Assembly: GCA_047285305.1 (NCBI GenBank)
Contig: JBJBDL010000003.1
Coordinates: 1,792,001-1,856,000 of the forward strand
From: Synechococcus sp.
GTDB lineage: Bacteria; Cyanobacteriota; Cyanobacteriia; PCC-6307; Cyanobiaceae
Direction: 5' to 3'
DNA length: 64,000 nt
In this document: positions 50,703 through 62,206 of the stretch, in pieces
Layout: every line of letters begins with the position of its first letter
Numbering within the stretch: position 1 is the stretch's first letter
Program-made: the position numbers and the translations under genes
Notes under the pieces: generated by a model
What the model was told of the DNA's origin: nothing
Seen by the model: only the letters and a program-made list of their open reading frames with translations
Databases searched by the model: none

Positions 50703-50713
50703 GGATTAAGCGG

Positions 50714-51070
50714 TTACTTCACCGACGGTAAGAAGGTTCGGCTTTCGCCGTGACTCCAGAACGCCTCAAGGTCGTAGTAGCCGCGCTCATCCGGCATCAG
50801 CACGTGAACGATCACATCGCCGTAATCAAGAAGCGCCCAGCGCCCCTCATTCAGCCCTTCCTTGCGCAAGGGAAGAAGGTCTGCCTCAGTCTCCAGGCGG
50901 TCTTCAACCGACCGGGCAATTGCACGCACCTGAACGTCGGACTGACCGCCTGCGATCACCATCCAATCCGCCAGGCTGGACACCTCATCGACACGAATCA
51001 GACGGATGTCGGTGGCCTTGCGGTCATCGCAGGCATCGGCAACCAGTTCAGCAAGTTTTTCGCTATCCAT
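50714..51070 (-). CDS. rsfS: ribosome silencing factor
   Basis: DDRKA.DI, WALLDYGDVIVH, YYDLEAFW. Confidence 0.95.
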   Translation of the reverse strand: MDSEKLAELVADACDDRKATDIRLIRVDEVSSLADWMVIAGGQSDVQVRAIARSVEDRLETEADLLPLRKEGLNEGRWALLDYGDVIVHVLMPDERGYYDLEAFWSHGESRTFLPSVK

Positions 51071-51698
51071 AAACGTTCTCGCTGGTAACGGAACTGCGTG
51101 AGCCCTCCTGTTGGGCCATTTCAGCTCTTGCCTTGCTGGCACTCTTGCGCAGCGCTTCAAGCCGGTCTTCGTAGTAGCTGCGGCGGCGCTTCTTGCGGGT
51201 CTTTTCGACCAGCTCCTTCAAAGCGCCCCCAAGACTGCGATAGGCGTTCGGCACGCTGTAACCAAATCGGCAGGCCAGATCGATCGCACGCTCGTCGGCA
51301 CTGATGGCGTCCTGCAGGCGTTTTTCGGAATTGTTCTTCAGGTAAAGCCGATACCCCGCAAAGCCGGACAGGCCGAGAGCCATCAACAGCAGCAAGCCAT
51401 CCTGAACCCACAATTCACCAATGGCACCGCCGAGACCGATGGCCATAGCAGCCATCTCCCAACCGTCCCGGGGAATCGTGTCGTTCTGGATCCGACCAAC
51501 TTCATGCCAGAACAGCAAATTGCGGTGATCCAACGCGAGGGCATCCCATTCGTCAAGATCCACCTGGATCTCCACTTCATCCCGGCCAATTTCCTCAAGG
51601 GTGATCAATGGAGGATCGACTGCAGCAGCTGATTCCACAAACACCCAGCTCTGCATTTCCGGTGGCAGCAGCCCCTTCAGGCGCTGGAGCTCACTCAT
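51063..51698 (-). CDS. DUF3318-like protein
   Basis: ELQRLKGLLP, LLFWHEVGRIQ, ALELW-type membrane segment. Confidence 0.85.
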   Translation of the reverse strand: MSELQRLKGLLPPEMQSWVFVESAAAVDPPLITLEEIGRDEVEIQVDLDEWDALALDHRNLLFWHEVGRIQNDTIPRDGWEMAAMAIGLGGAIGELWVQDGLLLLMALGLSGFAGYRLYLKNNSEKRLQDAISADERAIDLACRFGYSVPNAYRSLGGALKELVEKTRKKRRRSYYEDRLEALRKSASKARAEMAQQEGSRSSVTSENVYG

Positions 51699-51802
51699 TG
51701 CAACTCTGGTGCTGATCTCCCTTCACCGTAGCGAGGCCAAGTCCCCTGGTTGGGGCGAGGCCGCGTGAGAGGCTTGATCTGTTTGGCCAAGGACGATTTC
51801 CC

Positions 51803-54800
51803 ATGCCGAGGCGGTCTGATCTGCGTCGCATTCTCCTGCTGGGATCTGGTCCGATCGTGATCGGCCAGGCCTGTGAGTTCGATTACTCCGGAACCCAGGC
51901 CTGCAAGGCCCTCCGAGCCGAGGGATATGAAGTCATCCTGATCAACTCCAATCCGGCGTCGATCATGACCGACCCGGAGATGGCGGATCGCACTTACATC
52001 GAGCCGCTGACGCCAGACGTGGTGACACGGGTGATCGAGCAAGAGCGCCCGGATGCTCTGCTGCCGACCATGGGCGGGCAGACCGCCCTCAACCTGGCGG
52101 TCACCCTGGCGGAAAACGGCACCCTCGAACGCTTTGGCGTTGAGTTGATCGGTGCCGATCTCAAAGCGATCCAGAAGGCGGAAGACCGTCTGCTGTTCAA
52201 GCAGGCCATGGAGCGCATCGGGGTGAAGGTCTGCCCTTCGGGCATCGCGTCATCTCAAGAAGAAGCCGAAGCCGTCGGGGCCGCGATTGGAAGCTTCCCC
52301 CGGATCATCCGGCCCGCCTTCACGCTGGGGGGAAGTGGAGGGGGCATTGCCTACAACCCCGAGGAGTACGCAGCAATCTGCAAGAGCGGGCTTGAAGCGA
52401 GTCCGGTGTCTCAAATTCTGATCGAGCAATCGCTCCTGGGCTGGAAGGAATTCGAGCTTGAGGTGATGCGTGATCTGGCGGACAACGTCGTGATCGTCTG
52501 CAGCATCGAAAACCTCGACCCCATGGGGGTGCACACCGGGGATTCGATCACGGTGGCTCCGGCCCAGACCCTCACAGATCGTGAATACCAGCGGTTGCGC
52601 GACCAATCGATCGCCATCATTCGGGAGATCGGTGTCGCGACGGGCGGCAGCAACATCCAGTTCGCGATCAATCCCGACAACGGCGACGTTGTGGTGATCG
52701 AAATGAATCCCAGGGTGAGCCGATCGTCGGCCCTGGCAAGCAAGGCCACCGGCTTCCCGATCGCCAAGATCGCTGCTCGCCTCGCCGTCGGTTACACCCT
52801 CGACGAAATCCTCAACGACATCACCGGCAAGACGCCTGCCTGCTTCGAGCCAACGATCGATTACGTCGTCACCAAAATTCCGCGCTTCGCCTTCGAAAAA
52901 TTCCGAGGCAGTCCGGCGGTGCTTACCACCTCAATGAAATCGGTGGGCGAAGCGATGGCCATCGGCCGTTGTTTCGAAGAGTCGTTCCAGAAAGCCATGC
53001 GTTCCCTGGAAACCGGGTTCTCGGGCTGGGGAGGCGACCGTGAGGAACCGGAGCTCACTGATGGTGAGCTGGATCGTCAGCTGAGGACCCCCTCTCCGGA
53101 GCGCATCCTCAGCGTTCGAACGGCGATGGTGCGGGGACGCAGCGATGAGGAGATTTATCGGATCAGCAGGATTGACCCCTGGTTCCTGGCCAAACTTCGA
53201 CGGATCATTGAGGCGGAGGCCAGGCTGATCAAGGGCAAAATCCTGGATCAGCTGGATGCCGACAGCTTGTTTGAAGCCAAGCAGCTGGGTTTTTCAGACC
53301 GACAGATCGCCTGGCACACCAAAAGCGACGAATTGTCGGTGCGTCAGCGGCGCCATCAGCTCGATGTTCGCCCCGTCTTTAAAACCGTCGACACCTGCGC
53401 TGCGGAGTTCGCTTCCTCCACCCCTTATCACTACTCGACCTACGAGCGTCCCTTGCAGACCCTGCAGGCCGACGGATCCCTCAACCCCCTTCCCGCTTCA
53501 TCTGAGGTGAGTCGTCGCGAGGACGGCCGCAAGATGATGATCCTCGGTGGTGGACCCAACCGAATCGGGCAGGGTATCGAATTCGACTACTGCTGCTGCC
53601 ATGCCTCCTTTGCAGGGCAGGATCAAGGGATCACCACGGTGATGGTGAACAGCAATCCGGAAACGGTATCCACCGATTACGACACCAGCGACAGCCTCTA
53701 CTTCGAACCGCTCACCTTGGAGGACGTTCTCAATGTGATCGAAGCGGAGCGTCCCGATGGCGTGGTGGTCCAATTCGGAGGACAAACGCCTCTGAAACTC
53801 GCGATTCCTCTGCTGCGCTGGCTGGACAGCGATGAGGGGCGCGCCACGGGCACCAGCATCTGGGGCACCTCCCCTGAATCGATCGACCGGGCCGAGGACC
53901 GCGAGCAGTTCGAAGCCATCCTCCGCAATCTGAACATCCGCCAACCCCTCAACGGCTTGGCACGCAGCGAGGAGGAAGCAAGGGCAGTGGCCACACGAGT
54001 GGGCTACCCGGTCGTCGTGCGTCCCTCCTACGTCCTGGGCGGACGGGCCATGGAAGTGGTGTTCGACGAAGAGGAACTCAACCGCTACATGCGCGAAGCC
54101 GTGCAGGTGGAGCCAGACCATCCGGTGCTGATTGACCAGTACCTCGAAAATGCTGTTGAGGTGGACGTAGACGCCCTCTGCGATCACACCGGTGCTGTGA
54201 TCGTCGGTGGTCTGATGGAGCACATCGAACCGGCAGGAATCCATTCAGGCGACTCAGCCTGCTGCTTGCCCGCGGTTTCCCTTGGCGAGGCGGCACTGAA
54301 CACGATTCGTGATTGGAGTCGCTCCCTGGCGCAAACGCTCGAGGTGCGGGGTCTGATCAACCTCCAGTTCGCCGTGCAGCGCAACACCGATGGCTCAGAA
54401 GTGGTTTACATCATCGAAGCCAACCCCCGCGCCTCCAGGACGGTCCCCTTCGTCGCCAAGGCCACAGGTCAACCTCTCGCTCGCCTGGCAACCCGACTGA
54501 TGGCGGGCGAAACACTTACCGACATCGGCATGCCCAGCGAGCCGAAGCCGCCGCTTCAGTCGATCAAGGAGGCGGTGCTGCCGTTCCGGCGCTTCCCGGG
54601 GGCCGACACGGTGCTGGGGCCGGAAATGCGCTCCACGGGAGAAGTGATGGGATCAGCCGACAGTTTCGGCATGGCCTATGCCAAGGCTGAACTCGGCGCG
54701 GGAGAAGCGCTGCCCACCCAGGGGACGGTGTTCCTCTCCACCCACGATCGCGACAAACAGGCGCTGGTACCCATCGCCGCTCGGCTGATCGAACTCGGGT

Positions 54801-55126
54801 TCGATGTGACGGCCACCTCAGGCACGGCGCAGGCGCTCGCCAACGCGGGATTGAAGGTGCAATCCGTGCTCAAGGTGCACGAAGGGCGCCCCAACATCGA
54901 GGATCAGATCCGCTCCAATCAAGTGCAGTTGGTGATCAACACACCGATTGGCCGCCAAGCTGCCCATGACGACAAGTACCTGCGTCGGGCAGCGCTCGAT
55001 TACGCCGTTCCAACTGTGACGACCCTCGCGGGAGCACGAGCAGCGGTGGAGGCGATCTCTGCGCTCCAGCAACAACCGAGGCTCAGCATCCATGCCCTAC
55101 AGGACGTTCACGCCATGCAGCGTTAG
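51803..55126 (+). CDS. carB: carbamoyl-phosphate synthase large subunit
   Basis: [17 protein letters not shown]; duplicated ATP-grasp; MGS domain. Confidence 0.99.
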   Translation: MPRRSDLRRILLLGSGPIVIGQACEFDYSGTQACKALRAEGYEVILINSNPASIMTDPEMADRTYIEPLTPDVVTRVIEQERPDALLPTMGGQTALNLAVTLAENGTLERFGVELIGADLKAIQKAEDRLLFKQAMERIGVKVCPSGIASSQEEAEAVGAAIGSFPRIIRPAFTLGGSGGGIAYNPEEYAAICKSGLEASPVSQILIEQSLLGWKEFELEVMRDLADNVVIVCSIENLDPMGVHTGDSITVAPAQTLTDREYQRLRDQSIAIIREIGVATGGSNIQFAINPDNGDVVVIEMNPRVSRSSALASKATGFPIAKIAARLAVGYTLDEILNDITGKTPACFEPTIDYVVTKIPRFAFEKFRGSPAVLTTSMKSVGEAMAIGRCFEESFQKAMRSLETGFSGWGGDREEPELTDGELDRQLRTPSPERILSVRTAMVRGRSDEEIYRISRIDPWFLAKLRRIIEAEARLIKGKILDQLDADSLFEAKQLGFSDRQIAWHTKSDELSVRQRRHQLDVRPVFKTVDTCAAEFASSTPYHYSTYERPLQTLQADGSLNPLPASSEVSRREDGRKMMILGGGPNRIGQGIEFDYCCCHASFAGQDQGITTVMVNSNPETVSTDYDTSDSLYFEPLTLEDVLNVIEAERPDGVVVQFGGQTPLKLAIPLLRWLDSDEGRATGTSIWGTSPESIDRAEDREQFEAILRNLNIRQPLNGLARSEEEARAVATRVGYPVVVRPSYVLGGRAMEVVFDEEELNRYMREAVQVEPDHPVLIDQYLENAVEVDVDALCDHTGAVIVGGLMEHIEPAGIHSGDSACCLPAVSLGEAALNTIRDWSRSLAQTLEVRGLINLQFAVQRNTDGSEVVYIIEANPRASRTVPFVAKATGQPLARLATRLMAGETLTDIGMPSEPKPPLQSIKEAVLPFRRFPGADTVLGPEMRSTGEVMGSADSFGMAYAKAELGAGEALPTQGTVFLSTHDRDKQALVPIAARLIELGFDVTATSGTAQALANAGLKVQSVLKVHEGRPNIEDQIRSNQVQLVINTPIGRQAAHDDKYLRRAALDYAVPTVTTLAGARAAVEAISALQQQPRLSIHALQDVHAMQR

Positions 55127-55161
55127 GCCACCGGTAGGGTTGCAGAAGCCACCTCAACGCT

Positions 55162-55827
55162 GTGACAGCCTCCGTTCCCGTTAAGCCTGGAAGTGACCTG
55201 CGTGATGACTTCCGTCGCGCCTACGAGAACCGCTACACCTGGGCGCCTGGATTCTCCGGCTATCGCGGCCGCTGCATCTGGCAACAGGGCGATCAACGGG
55301 TCGAGGGCACGTTTGAGGTCGGTGCCGATCTCAAAGCCAAGGTGGAAGGCATTGAAAACGAAGAGATCCTCAAGGGGGTGAATTCCCAGCTCTGGGAAGT
55401 CGCGATCCATCGCGTGCGTCGCAGCTTCGAGCAGACCCACGGTGAGAACACCTTCACCGCCGGTGAAACCAACGAGGTGGGAACCGAAGTGCTCGTCGGT
55501 GGCAAGGGAGCCGGGGACAAGTACCGCATCAAGGATGACGTGGTGACCATGGTTCACCGCCACATCCACGGCACCGTCGTAACGATTTACACCACCGATG
55601 TCACCGACACAGGTGCTGGCTACCTCAGCCACAGCTACACCAGTCAATACGCCGACCCGGAAACGGGAGAAGCCCGGGGCGGCCTCAGCAGCTTCAAAGA
55701 CAGCTTCGCTGCTCTTCCTGGAGATGGCCCCTGGGTGCTGACCGAGCGCGTCGTCACCACCGAAGCCCATGGCGATACCCCGGCCGGAAGCCAGACCTTC
55801 CGTTTTGAAAATCTCGAATCGCTCTGA
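55162..55827 (+). CDS. DUF3386-like protein
   Basis: FRRAYENRYTW; LWEVAIHRVRRSFEQTHG. Confidence 0.87.
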   Translation: MTASVPVKPGSDLRDDFRRAYENRYTWAPGFSGYRGRCIWQQGDQRVEGTFEVGADLKAKVEGIENEEILKGVNSQLWEVAIHRVRRSFEQTHGENTFTAGETNEVGTEVLVGGKGAGDKYRIKDDVVTMVHRHIHGTVVTIYTTDVTDTGAGYLSHSYTSQYADPETGEARGGLSSFKDSFAALPGDGPWVLTERVVTTEAHGDTPAGSQTFRFENLESL

Positions 55828-55883
55828 GTTGATTGCCGGTGCAAGCCGGCTATGAGACCATCCGCCCAAACCTGGTGAAAGGC

Positions 55884-57236
55884 ATGGGCGGAGTCGAATC
55901 GACCATTCAGGCCATCAATGGCCCAATCAACAGCATCGTCTGGGGATGGCCGACCGTCCTTTTGATTGCCGCGACTGGCATTCTCCTGATGGTGGGCCTG
56001 CTGTTCATGCCGCTGCAACGGCTGGGCTATGGCATCTCGATGATGCTTCGGCCGGCTGCATCACAAACGGAAGGGGAGATCACCCCCTTCCAAGCGCTGA
56101 TGACGTCGTTGTCGGCCACGATCGGCACGGGAAACATCGCCGGTGTTGCGGGGGCCATCGCCGTTGGTGGACCTGGTGCCGTCTTTTGGATGTGGATCAT
56201 CGCGATCTTCGGCATCGCAACCAAGTACGCCGAAGCGGTGCTCGCGGTTCAGTTCCGCGAAACCGATGGAGACGGCAACCACGTGGGTGGGCCGATGTAC
56301 TACATCCGCAACGGACTCGGCAGCGGCTGGAGCTGGATGGCGGGCCTGTTTGCCCTCTTCGGCATGTTGGCTGGCTTCGGCATCGGCAATGGGGTTCAGG
56401 CCTTTGAGGTGTCGTCTGCCTTGAGCCTGATCGGCATCCCGAAGCTGGCGACCGGAGTCGTTTTGGCAGCCCTGGTTTTCGCTGTCGTAATCGGGGGCAT
56501 CAAACGCATTGCCCAGGCGGCCTCCGCCATTGTTCCGTTGATGTCGATTCTCTACGTCGCTGCATGCCTTCTAGTGTTGCTGGCAAATCTGGGCAGAGTG
56601 CCTGAAGCCTTCGCCACGATTTTCTCCAACGCCTTCTCCGGTCAAGCCGCAGCGGGTGGTGCCCTCGGTCAGGTGGTGCTGATGGGCTTCAAACGGGGCA
56701 TCTTCTCCAATGAAGCGGGCCTGGGCAGCGCTCCGATCGCCCATGCGGCTGCCAAAACCGATGATCCCGTTCGCCAGGGCACTGTGGCCATGCTGGGCAC
56801 CTTCATCGACACCCTGATCATCTGCACAATGACTGCCCTGGTGATCATCACCACCAAAGCCAATCTGATCCTCGATGGAGCCGGCGACAAGCTCAGCGGC
56901 GCAGACCTATCCATCGCTGCATTCAACACCGGCATCGCCGGTAGCGGTGTGGTGGTCACCCTGGGATTGGTGGTCTTCGCCTTCACCACCATTCTCGGCT
57001 GGAGCTTCTACGGTGAACGTTGCACCACCTACCTGCTAGGTGATTCCGCCGTGGTTCCCTTTCGTCTGACTTGGGTGGCTGTTGTAGTGATTGGTGCTGT
57101 CGCCGGCGACCGCGGAGTGATCTGGTCGATTGCCGACACGCTCAACGGCCTGATGGCTCTCCCCAACCTCGTGGCCTTGATCCTGCTGTCCGGAACCGTG
57201 TTCAAACTCACCAAGGCCTACAGCTTCAGCGACTGA
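55884..57236 (+). CDS. sodium:alanine/glycine symporter (AgcS family)
   Basis: GTGNIAGVA, GGPGAVFWMW, GGPMYY, FSNEAGLGS. Confidence 0.95.
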   Translation: MGGVESTIQAINGPINSIVWGWPTVLLIAATGILLMVGLLFMPLQRLGYGISMMLRPAASQTEGEITPFQALMTSLSATIGTGNIAGVAGAIAVGGPGAVFWMWIIAIFGIATKYAEAVLAVQFRETDGDGNHVGGPMYYIRNGLGSGWSWMAGLFALFGMLAGFGIGNGVQAFEVSSALSLIGIPKLATGVVLAALVFAVVIGGIKRIAQAASAIVPLMSILYVAACLLVLLANLGRVPEAFATIFSNAFSGQAAAGGALGQVVLMGFKRGIFSNEAGLGSAPIAHAAAKTDDPVRQGTVAMLGTFIDTLIICTMTALVIITTKANLILDGAGDKLSGADLSIAAFNTGIAGSGVVVTLGLVVFAFTTILGWSFYGERCTTYLLGDSAVVPFRLTWVAVVVIGAVAGDRGVIWSIADTLNGLMALPNLVALILLSGTVFKLTKAYSFSD

Positions 57237-57249
57237 GCACAACGACAAG

Positions 57250-57289
57250 CAACAAAAAAAGGGGGCTCAACAGCCCCCTTTTTTTGTTG
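57250..57289. terminator. bidirectional terminator
   Basis: A-run, GGGGGCT/AGCCCCC stem, T-run between convergent genes. Confidence 0.9.
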
Positions 57290-57297
57290 TCAGGCGA

Positions 57298-57528
57298 TCA
57301 ACCCTGATCGGGCAATGGAGTGACGGACTTGAGCTTTTCATTGAGCTGTGTGGCCAAGCTCTGACGACCCACCGCCAGAACCTTGAGGGTGTCTTCGTGC
57401 ATCCGCAGTTGAGCATCAGCAACCTGCATGCCACGCACAAGCTCCTTGAGCTCATCAGGAAGCATATTGAGGTCGTAGCGCTTGCCCTCAAAGGTCAAGA
57501 CAGGGTTGTTAGCTGCAGAGTCAGTCAT
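57298..57528 (-). CDS. DUF6447-like small protein
   Basis: LTFEGKRYDL..LPDE; coiled-coil C-terminus. Confidence 0.8.
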   Translation of the reverse strand: MTDSAANNPVLTFEGKRYDLNMLPDELKELVRGMQVADAQLRMHEDTLKVLAVGRQSLATQLNEKLKSVTPLPDQG

Positions 57529-57577
57529 CATTCATCGCCGGGATGGCGGTGTACCGGCGGCCAGATCGTAGAGGGAT

Positions 57578-59323
57578 TCAGGACTTCTGCCGATCTCGAA
57601 TGAACTGCCGTTCGCACAATTCGCGATAACGCCCACCACGCTGCATCAATTCGTCGTGGGTTCCTCGATCGACAACCGCTCCTTGTTCAAGAACCACGAT
57701 GCGATCAGCCTCCTGCACCGTGGCCAAACGGTGAGCAATCACCAACACGGTTCGTCCCTTCATCGCCTGCTTCAGTCCGAGTTGTACCGCCGCCTCAGCT
57801 TCAGCATCAAGGGCACTGGTGGCTTCATCCAGCAGCAAAAGCGCTGGATTGCCAAGCACCGCCCGGGCAATGGCAATCCGCTGCAGTTGGCCACCGGAAA
57901 TGTTGGTTCCCCGTTCTTCGAGCTGGGTGTCATACCCCTGGGGCAAGGCACGGATGAAATCATCCGCATTGGCCAAGCGTGCCGCATCGCGCACCTCGTC
58001 GTCCGTCGCACGACGGCCAAACCGAATCGCTTCAGCAATAGTTCCGGAAAACACGGTTGTGCGCTGAGGGACCAGGGCCACCTGCTGACGAAGCTCACGG
58101 GCTCGCATCAGGCTGATATCAGTGCCGTCGAGACGGATCTCGCCCTTTTGCACCGTGTTGAACCGGAGCAGGAGCGACAGCAGGGTGCTTTTGCCCGCAC
58201 CGGAGGGGCCAACAATGGCGAGCACCTGGCCCGCATCCACCCGCAGATTCAGCTGATGCAGCACCGGCTGGACTGGGTCATAGCCAAAGCTCACCTGATC
58301 AAAGACCAGATCACCCTGGAGAGCACCGATGGCTTGCGCCTCAGCTGGATCCGCAGCCTCCTGAGGCTCTCGCTCAATCTCCCGCAGACGTCGCAGCGAT
58401 GCCTGACCCTGCTGAAATTCGTTGAAGTTGTTGGTGACGTGGGCAATGGGATCGATCAGAACGATCAGCCCGGTCAGGTAGCTGCTGAGCCCGGCAATGC
58501 TGAGATCACCGCTCTGGATCCGCCAGGCTCCGAGGACCAGCACTGCAAACAGACCCACTACCTCGATGGTGCCAACCACCGGATGCTGGAGCGCCACAAG
58601 GCTGTAGGTGCGGTGGCGTGCCTGCCGATGTTGGTCGATTTCCGTCTCGAAACGGTCCTGCAGCCAGGGCTCGGCGGCAAAAGCACGCACCAGTGGCAAA
58701 CCTTCGATGGCCTCACCCAACAGACCGGCCAGTTCACTCACCTTTTTCTGACTGCGTTCCGTGGCCGCCATCACGCGAGCACCAAAAAGGCTGATCAGCC
58801 AGACGATCACCGGCGCCAGCAACAGGATGGCCAGCGTCAGTTTCCAGTCGAGCCAGAGCATCATTCCAAGCACCGCAACGAGCTGAAGCACGCTGGGGAC
58901 CGTGTCGTGGATGGTCTTGTAAAGAACCTCGCTGACGCGATCGGCGTCTTCGGTGAAGCGGTAGGTGAGATCACCGGCCGAAAGCTTCTCCAGCGCCCCC
59001 AGCTCCACGGTCTGCAGGCGGCGGAACAGATCACGCCGTAAGTCCTGGCTCACCAGCAATGCAGGCCCTGCAAGAAGAGAGTCCTGACCGAACTGGGCGA
59101 TCTTCTGAACAGCAAAGATCAGCAACGCCAGCCCAATCAGCTGAAGCACGCGAGCCAGATCACCCGAGCCCAGCGCGGGAAACAAATCTCCGGCCAGCTG
59201 CACGAGCAGCGGAAAGCTGCCCACGTAAATCAACATGCAGCAGCCACCCCAAAGCAGTTCCCGCAGGTAGGGGCGAAGCAACGGCAGCAGCCGGCGAAAT
59301 CCGGCCTGGGGTGGGGTCAGCAT
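57578..59323 (-). CDS. ABC transporter fused permease/ATP-binding protein
   Basis: GPSGAGKST, ISGGQLQR, LDEATSALD. Confidence 0.95.
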   Translation of the reverse strand: MLTPPQAGFRRLLPLLRPYLRELLWGGCCMLIYVGSFPLLVQLAGDLFPALGSGDLARVLQLIGLALLIFAVQKIAQFGQDSLLAGPALLVSQDLRRDLFRRLQTVELGALEKLSAGDLTYRFTEDADRVSEVLYKTIHDTVPSVLQLVAVLGMMLWLDWKLTLAILLLAPVIVWLISLFGARVMAATERSQKKVSELAGLLGEAIEGLPLVRAFAAEPWLQDRFETEIDQHRQARHRTYSLVALQHPVVGTIEVVGLFAVLVLGAWRIQSGDLSIAGLSSYLTGLIVLIDPIAHVTNNFNEFQQGQASLRRLREIEREPQEAADPAEAQAIGALQGDLVFDQVSFGYDPVQPVLHQLNLRVDAGQVLAIVGPSGAGKSTLLSLLLRFNTVQKGEIRLDGTDISLMRARELRQQVALVPQRTTVFSGTIAEAIRFGRRATDDEVRDAARLANADDFIRALPQGYDTQLEERGTNISGGQLQRIAIARAVLGNPALLLLDEATSALDAEAEAAVQLGLKQAMKGRTVLVIAHRLATVQEADRIVVLEQGAVVDRGTHDELMQRGGRYRELCERQFIRDRQKS

Positions 59324-59362
59324 CGCGGCACAGTATCAATGGTGAGCTCAAAACTCTGCCCA

Positions 59363-59560
59363 ATGAAGCTGGATCAGTTCCTGAAATGGAAGGGTTGGGT
59401 CTCCACCGGCGGTGAAGCGAAGCAACGCATCCAGATGGGTGAAGTGGAGGTCAACGGAAGCGTTGAAACCCGGCGGGGACGTCAGCTTTCCCCGGGAGAT
59501 CGGGTTGTGCTTGCTGGGGAGGAGTCCGTTGTCGGCAGCGAAAACGCGACCGGGCCGTAA
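59363..59560 (+). CDS. RNA-binding S4 domain protein (YaaA/YbcJ-like)
   Basis: KLDQFLK..GGEAK..V.VNG..ETRRGR.L. Confidence 0.92.
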   Translation: MKLDQFLKWKGWVSTGGEAKQRIQMGEVEVNGSVETRRGRQLSPGDRVVLAGEESVVGSENATGP

Positions 59561-59592
59561 GTTGGCTGCCACATTCCATGGGGAAGCAAGGC

Positions 59593-60324
59593 GTGCGAAG
59601 ACCGGTGATCGCTGGCAACTGGAAGATGCACATGACCTGTGCCCAGTCGCGGGAGTTCATGGAAGCCTTCCTGCCATTGATTGCTGACACCCCGGACGAC
59701 CGCGACCTTGTTCTGGCACCACCATTCACGGCGCTGTCGACCATGGCGGAACTCAGCCAGAACTCCCGTGTCTGCCTGTCGAGCCAGAACGTGCACTGGG
59801 AAGGCCAGGGAGCCTTCACCGGGGAGATCTCCCCAGCCATGCTCAAGGAGCACGGGGTGACCCACACGATTGTGGGCCACAGCGAACCGCGGAAATACTT
59901 CAGTGAAAGCGACGAACAGATCAACCACCGGGCCCGCTCCTCACAATCAAACGGTCTGATTCCGATCGTTTGCGTTGGCGAAAGCGATGAGCAGCGCGAG
60001 AGGGGCGAAGCTGAACGGGTGATCCGCCGTCAGATCGAGCAGGGCCTGGAGGGTCTCGATGCCGAGAAATTGGTGGTGGCCTACGAACCGATCTGGGCGA
60101 TTGGCACAGGCAAGACCTGCGCAGCCGAAGAAGCCAACCGCATCTGTGGTCTGATCCGAAGCTGGGTGGGCTCCCCCGATCTGGTGATTCAGTACGGCGG
60201 TTCCGTCAAACCCGGCAACATTGATGAATTGATGGGCATGAGCGATATCGACGGGGTGCTGGTGGGGGGTGCTTCCTTGGAGCCCGAAAGCTTTGGACGG
60301 ATTGCTAACTACCAAACGGCTTGA
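59593..60324 (+). CDS. tpiA: triose-phosphate isomerase
   Basis: [33 protein letters not shown]. Confidence 0.98.
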   Translation: MRRPVIAGNWKMHMTCAQSREFMEAFLPLIADTPDDRDLVLAPPFTALSTMAELSQNSRVCLSSQNVHWEGQGAFTGEISPAMLKEHGVTHTIVGHSEPRKYFSESDEQINHRARSSQSNGLIPIVCVGESDEQRERGEAERVIRRQIEQGLEGLDAEKLVVAYEPIWAIGTGKTCAAEEANRICGLIRSWVGSPDLVIQYGGSVKPGNIDELMGMSDIDGVLVGGASLEPESFGRIANYQTA

Positions 60325-61147
60325 TTCAGGCGGCTGGCCCCAGGGTTGGGGCCAACGCACAGCCGTGATGGGGGTGATCAACGTCACCCCGGATTCCTTC
60401 AGCGATGGAGGGAGATTTTTGGCTAGAGAACGGGCCCTTGCCGAAGCTCAGCGGCAGCTGAGCAGTGGTGCAGACGTGTTGGATCTCGGGGCGCAAAGCA
60501 CCCGACCTGGAGCGGAGGAGGTGGGCGCCGAAGAGGAGTTGCGGCGGCTCCTTCCAGCGCTAAGGAGCATCCGGCAGCACTGCCCAGAGGCTTTGATCTC
60601 CATCGACACGTTTCTGGCGCCGGTGGCCGCCAAAGCACTGGAAGCAGGGGCCAACTGGATCAATGATGTGAGCGGTGGCCGGCGGGATCCCGATCTACTC
60701 CGGGTGGTCGCCGATGCGGCATGTCCGGTGGTTCTGATGCACAGTCGCGGTGACAGCCAAACCATGGATCAGCTCACGACCTATGCCGATGTCGTGGCAG
60801 ATGTGAAAGAGGCGTTGCTGGAGCGCAGTGAAGCTGCGATTCAAGCCGGCGTTGATGAAAGCCAAATTATCTGGGATCCGGGTCTCGGCTTTGCCAAGAC
60901 CCACGAGCAGAACCTGCAGCTGCTGCGCGATCTGGAACAACTCACTGCAGGACCGCGACCGGTGCTGATCGGCCCTTCACGCAAACGCTTCATCGGCGCC
61001 GTGCTTGATGAGCCAAGGCCAAAAGCGCGTCTCTGGGGAACAGCTGCCGTGGCCTGCCGCTGTGCCCAGGCGGGTGCTGCCGTGCTGCGGGTGCACGATG
61101 TGGGCCCCATCAGCCAGACGCTGCGGATGGCGGCTGCACTCTGGTGA
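60302..61147 (+). CDS. folP: dihydropteroate synthase (start uncertain)
   Basis: [33 protein letters not shown]. Confidence 0.96.
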   Translation: MLTTKRLDSGGWPQGWGQRTAVMGVINVTPDSFSDGGRFLARERALAEAQRQLSSGADVLDLGAQSTRPGAEEVGAEEELRRLLPALRSIRQHCPEALISIDTFLAPVAAKALEAGANWINDVSGGRRDPDLLRVVADAACPVVLMHSRGDSQTMDQLTTYADVVADVKEALLERSEAAIQAGVDESQIIWDPGLGFAKTHEQNLQLLRDLEQLTAGPRPVLIGPSRKRFIGAVLDEPRPKARLWGTAAVACRCAQAGAAVLRVHDVGPISQTLRMAAALW

Positions 61148-62127
61148 GCTCCACGATCTTTGTTCAGATCGCGGCATACAGGGATCCGGATCTCCCAGCC
61201 ACACTGCAGAACCTGATTCAGCGGGCAGCCCAGCCAGAGCGCCTGCGCTTCGGCATCTGCCTGCAACTGGCGGCTGATGACCCGCCCCACTGGGGAACAA
61301 GCGCATTTCCGGATCATCCACACCTGAAGAGCATCACGTTCGATGCAGCGGAAAGCCGCGGAGCCTGCTGGGCCCGACGACAGGCTCAGGGTATTTACGG
61401 CGGGGAAGACTTTCTGCTGCAGATCGACAGCCACATGCGTGCTGTGGAGTACTGGGATGACCTGTTGCTGACGACCTGGAAGGAATGCAGCGATGAGCGT
61501 GCCGTTCTCAGTGTTTACCCAAACGGCTTTCAACAGCCGTGCCATTTGCAGACATCAACCCTGCCTGTGATGGCAGCCGCCGATTTCGATGCCTACGGAA
61601 TCCTCAAGCTGCGCGGCATCAGCCGATTCCAACTTCCAGAAGAACAACCTGATCGACCCATCCCCGGGGCGTTTATCGCCGGAGGCTTCCTGTTCGGCAC
61701 GGGCTCAATCGTGAACGAAGTGCCCTACGACCCGGAGCTCTACTTCTATGGAGAAGAGATTGCCATGTCGGCACGACTGTGGACTTCTGGTTTCAACATC
61801 TACGCCCCGAATCGCCTGCTTCTGTTTCATCTCTATAAGACAGAACATACAGATCAAAAGCATGCAGCCACCCATTGGGGCGATCACAGCAATTGGAACC
61901 ATTACAACCTTCGTGCACTCAAACGTATACACACACTACTCGGCAGTCTTAACAACGCACCGGCATCAATCCGCCGCTTGAATGATGAGAATTGCGAACT
62001 TAAACGCTTTGGATTAGGGAATAAACGTAGCCTGACTATGTATCAACAGTGGGCTGGAATTGATTTCAAAACGGCAGAGATCAGCCAAGCCTCAAGACAT
62101 GCAGAATTCAAGACTCTGAAAGCCTGA
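61144..62127 (+). CDS. GlcNAc-transferase family protein (Gnt1-like)
   Basis: IFVQIAAYRD, GACWAR, QIDSHMR, EVPYDP, FYGEEI..SARLWTSG. Confidence 0.85.
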   Translation: MSSTIFVQIAAYRDPDLPATLQNLIQRAAQPERLRFGICLQLAADDPPHWGTSAFPDHPHLKSITFDAAESRGACWARRQAQGIYGGEDFLLQIDSHMRAVEYWDDLLLTTWKECSDERAVLSVYPNGFQQPCHLQTSTLPVMAAADFDAYGILKLRGISRFQLPEEQPDRPIPGAFIAGGFLFGTGSIVNEVPYDPELYFYGEEIAMSARLWTSGFNIYAPNRLLLFHLYKTEHTDQKHAATHWGDHSNWNHYNLRALKRIHTLLGSLNNAPASIRRLNDENCELKRFGLGNKRSLTMYQQWAGIDFKTAEISQASRHAEFKTLKA

Positions 62128-62152
62128 GTGCACATCATTCATCGCCAATAGA

Positions 62153-62183
62153 AAAGCCAGAGTCCGGCAGGAACTCTGGCTTT
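62153..62183. terminator. terminator hairpin between convergent genes
   Basis: AAAGCCAGAGT/ACTCTGGCTTT stem. Confidence 0.75.
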
Positions 62184-62206
62184 ATTGTTCAACACTTTGT
62201 CGACAA

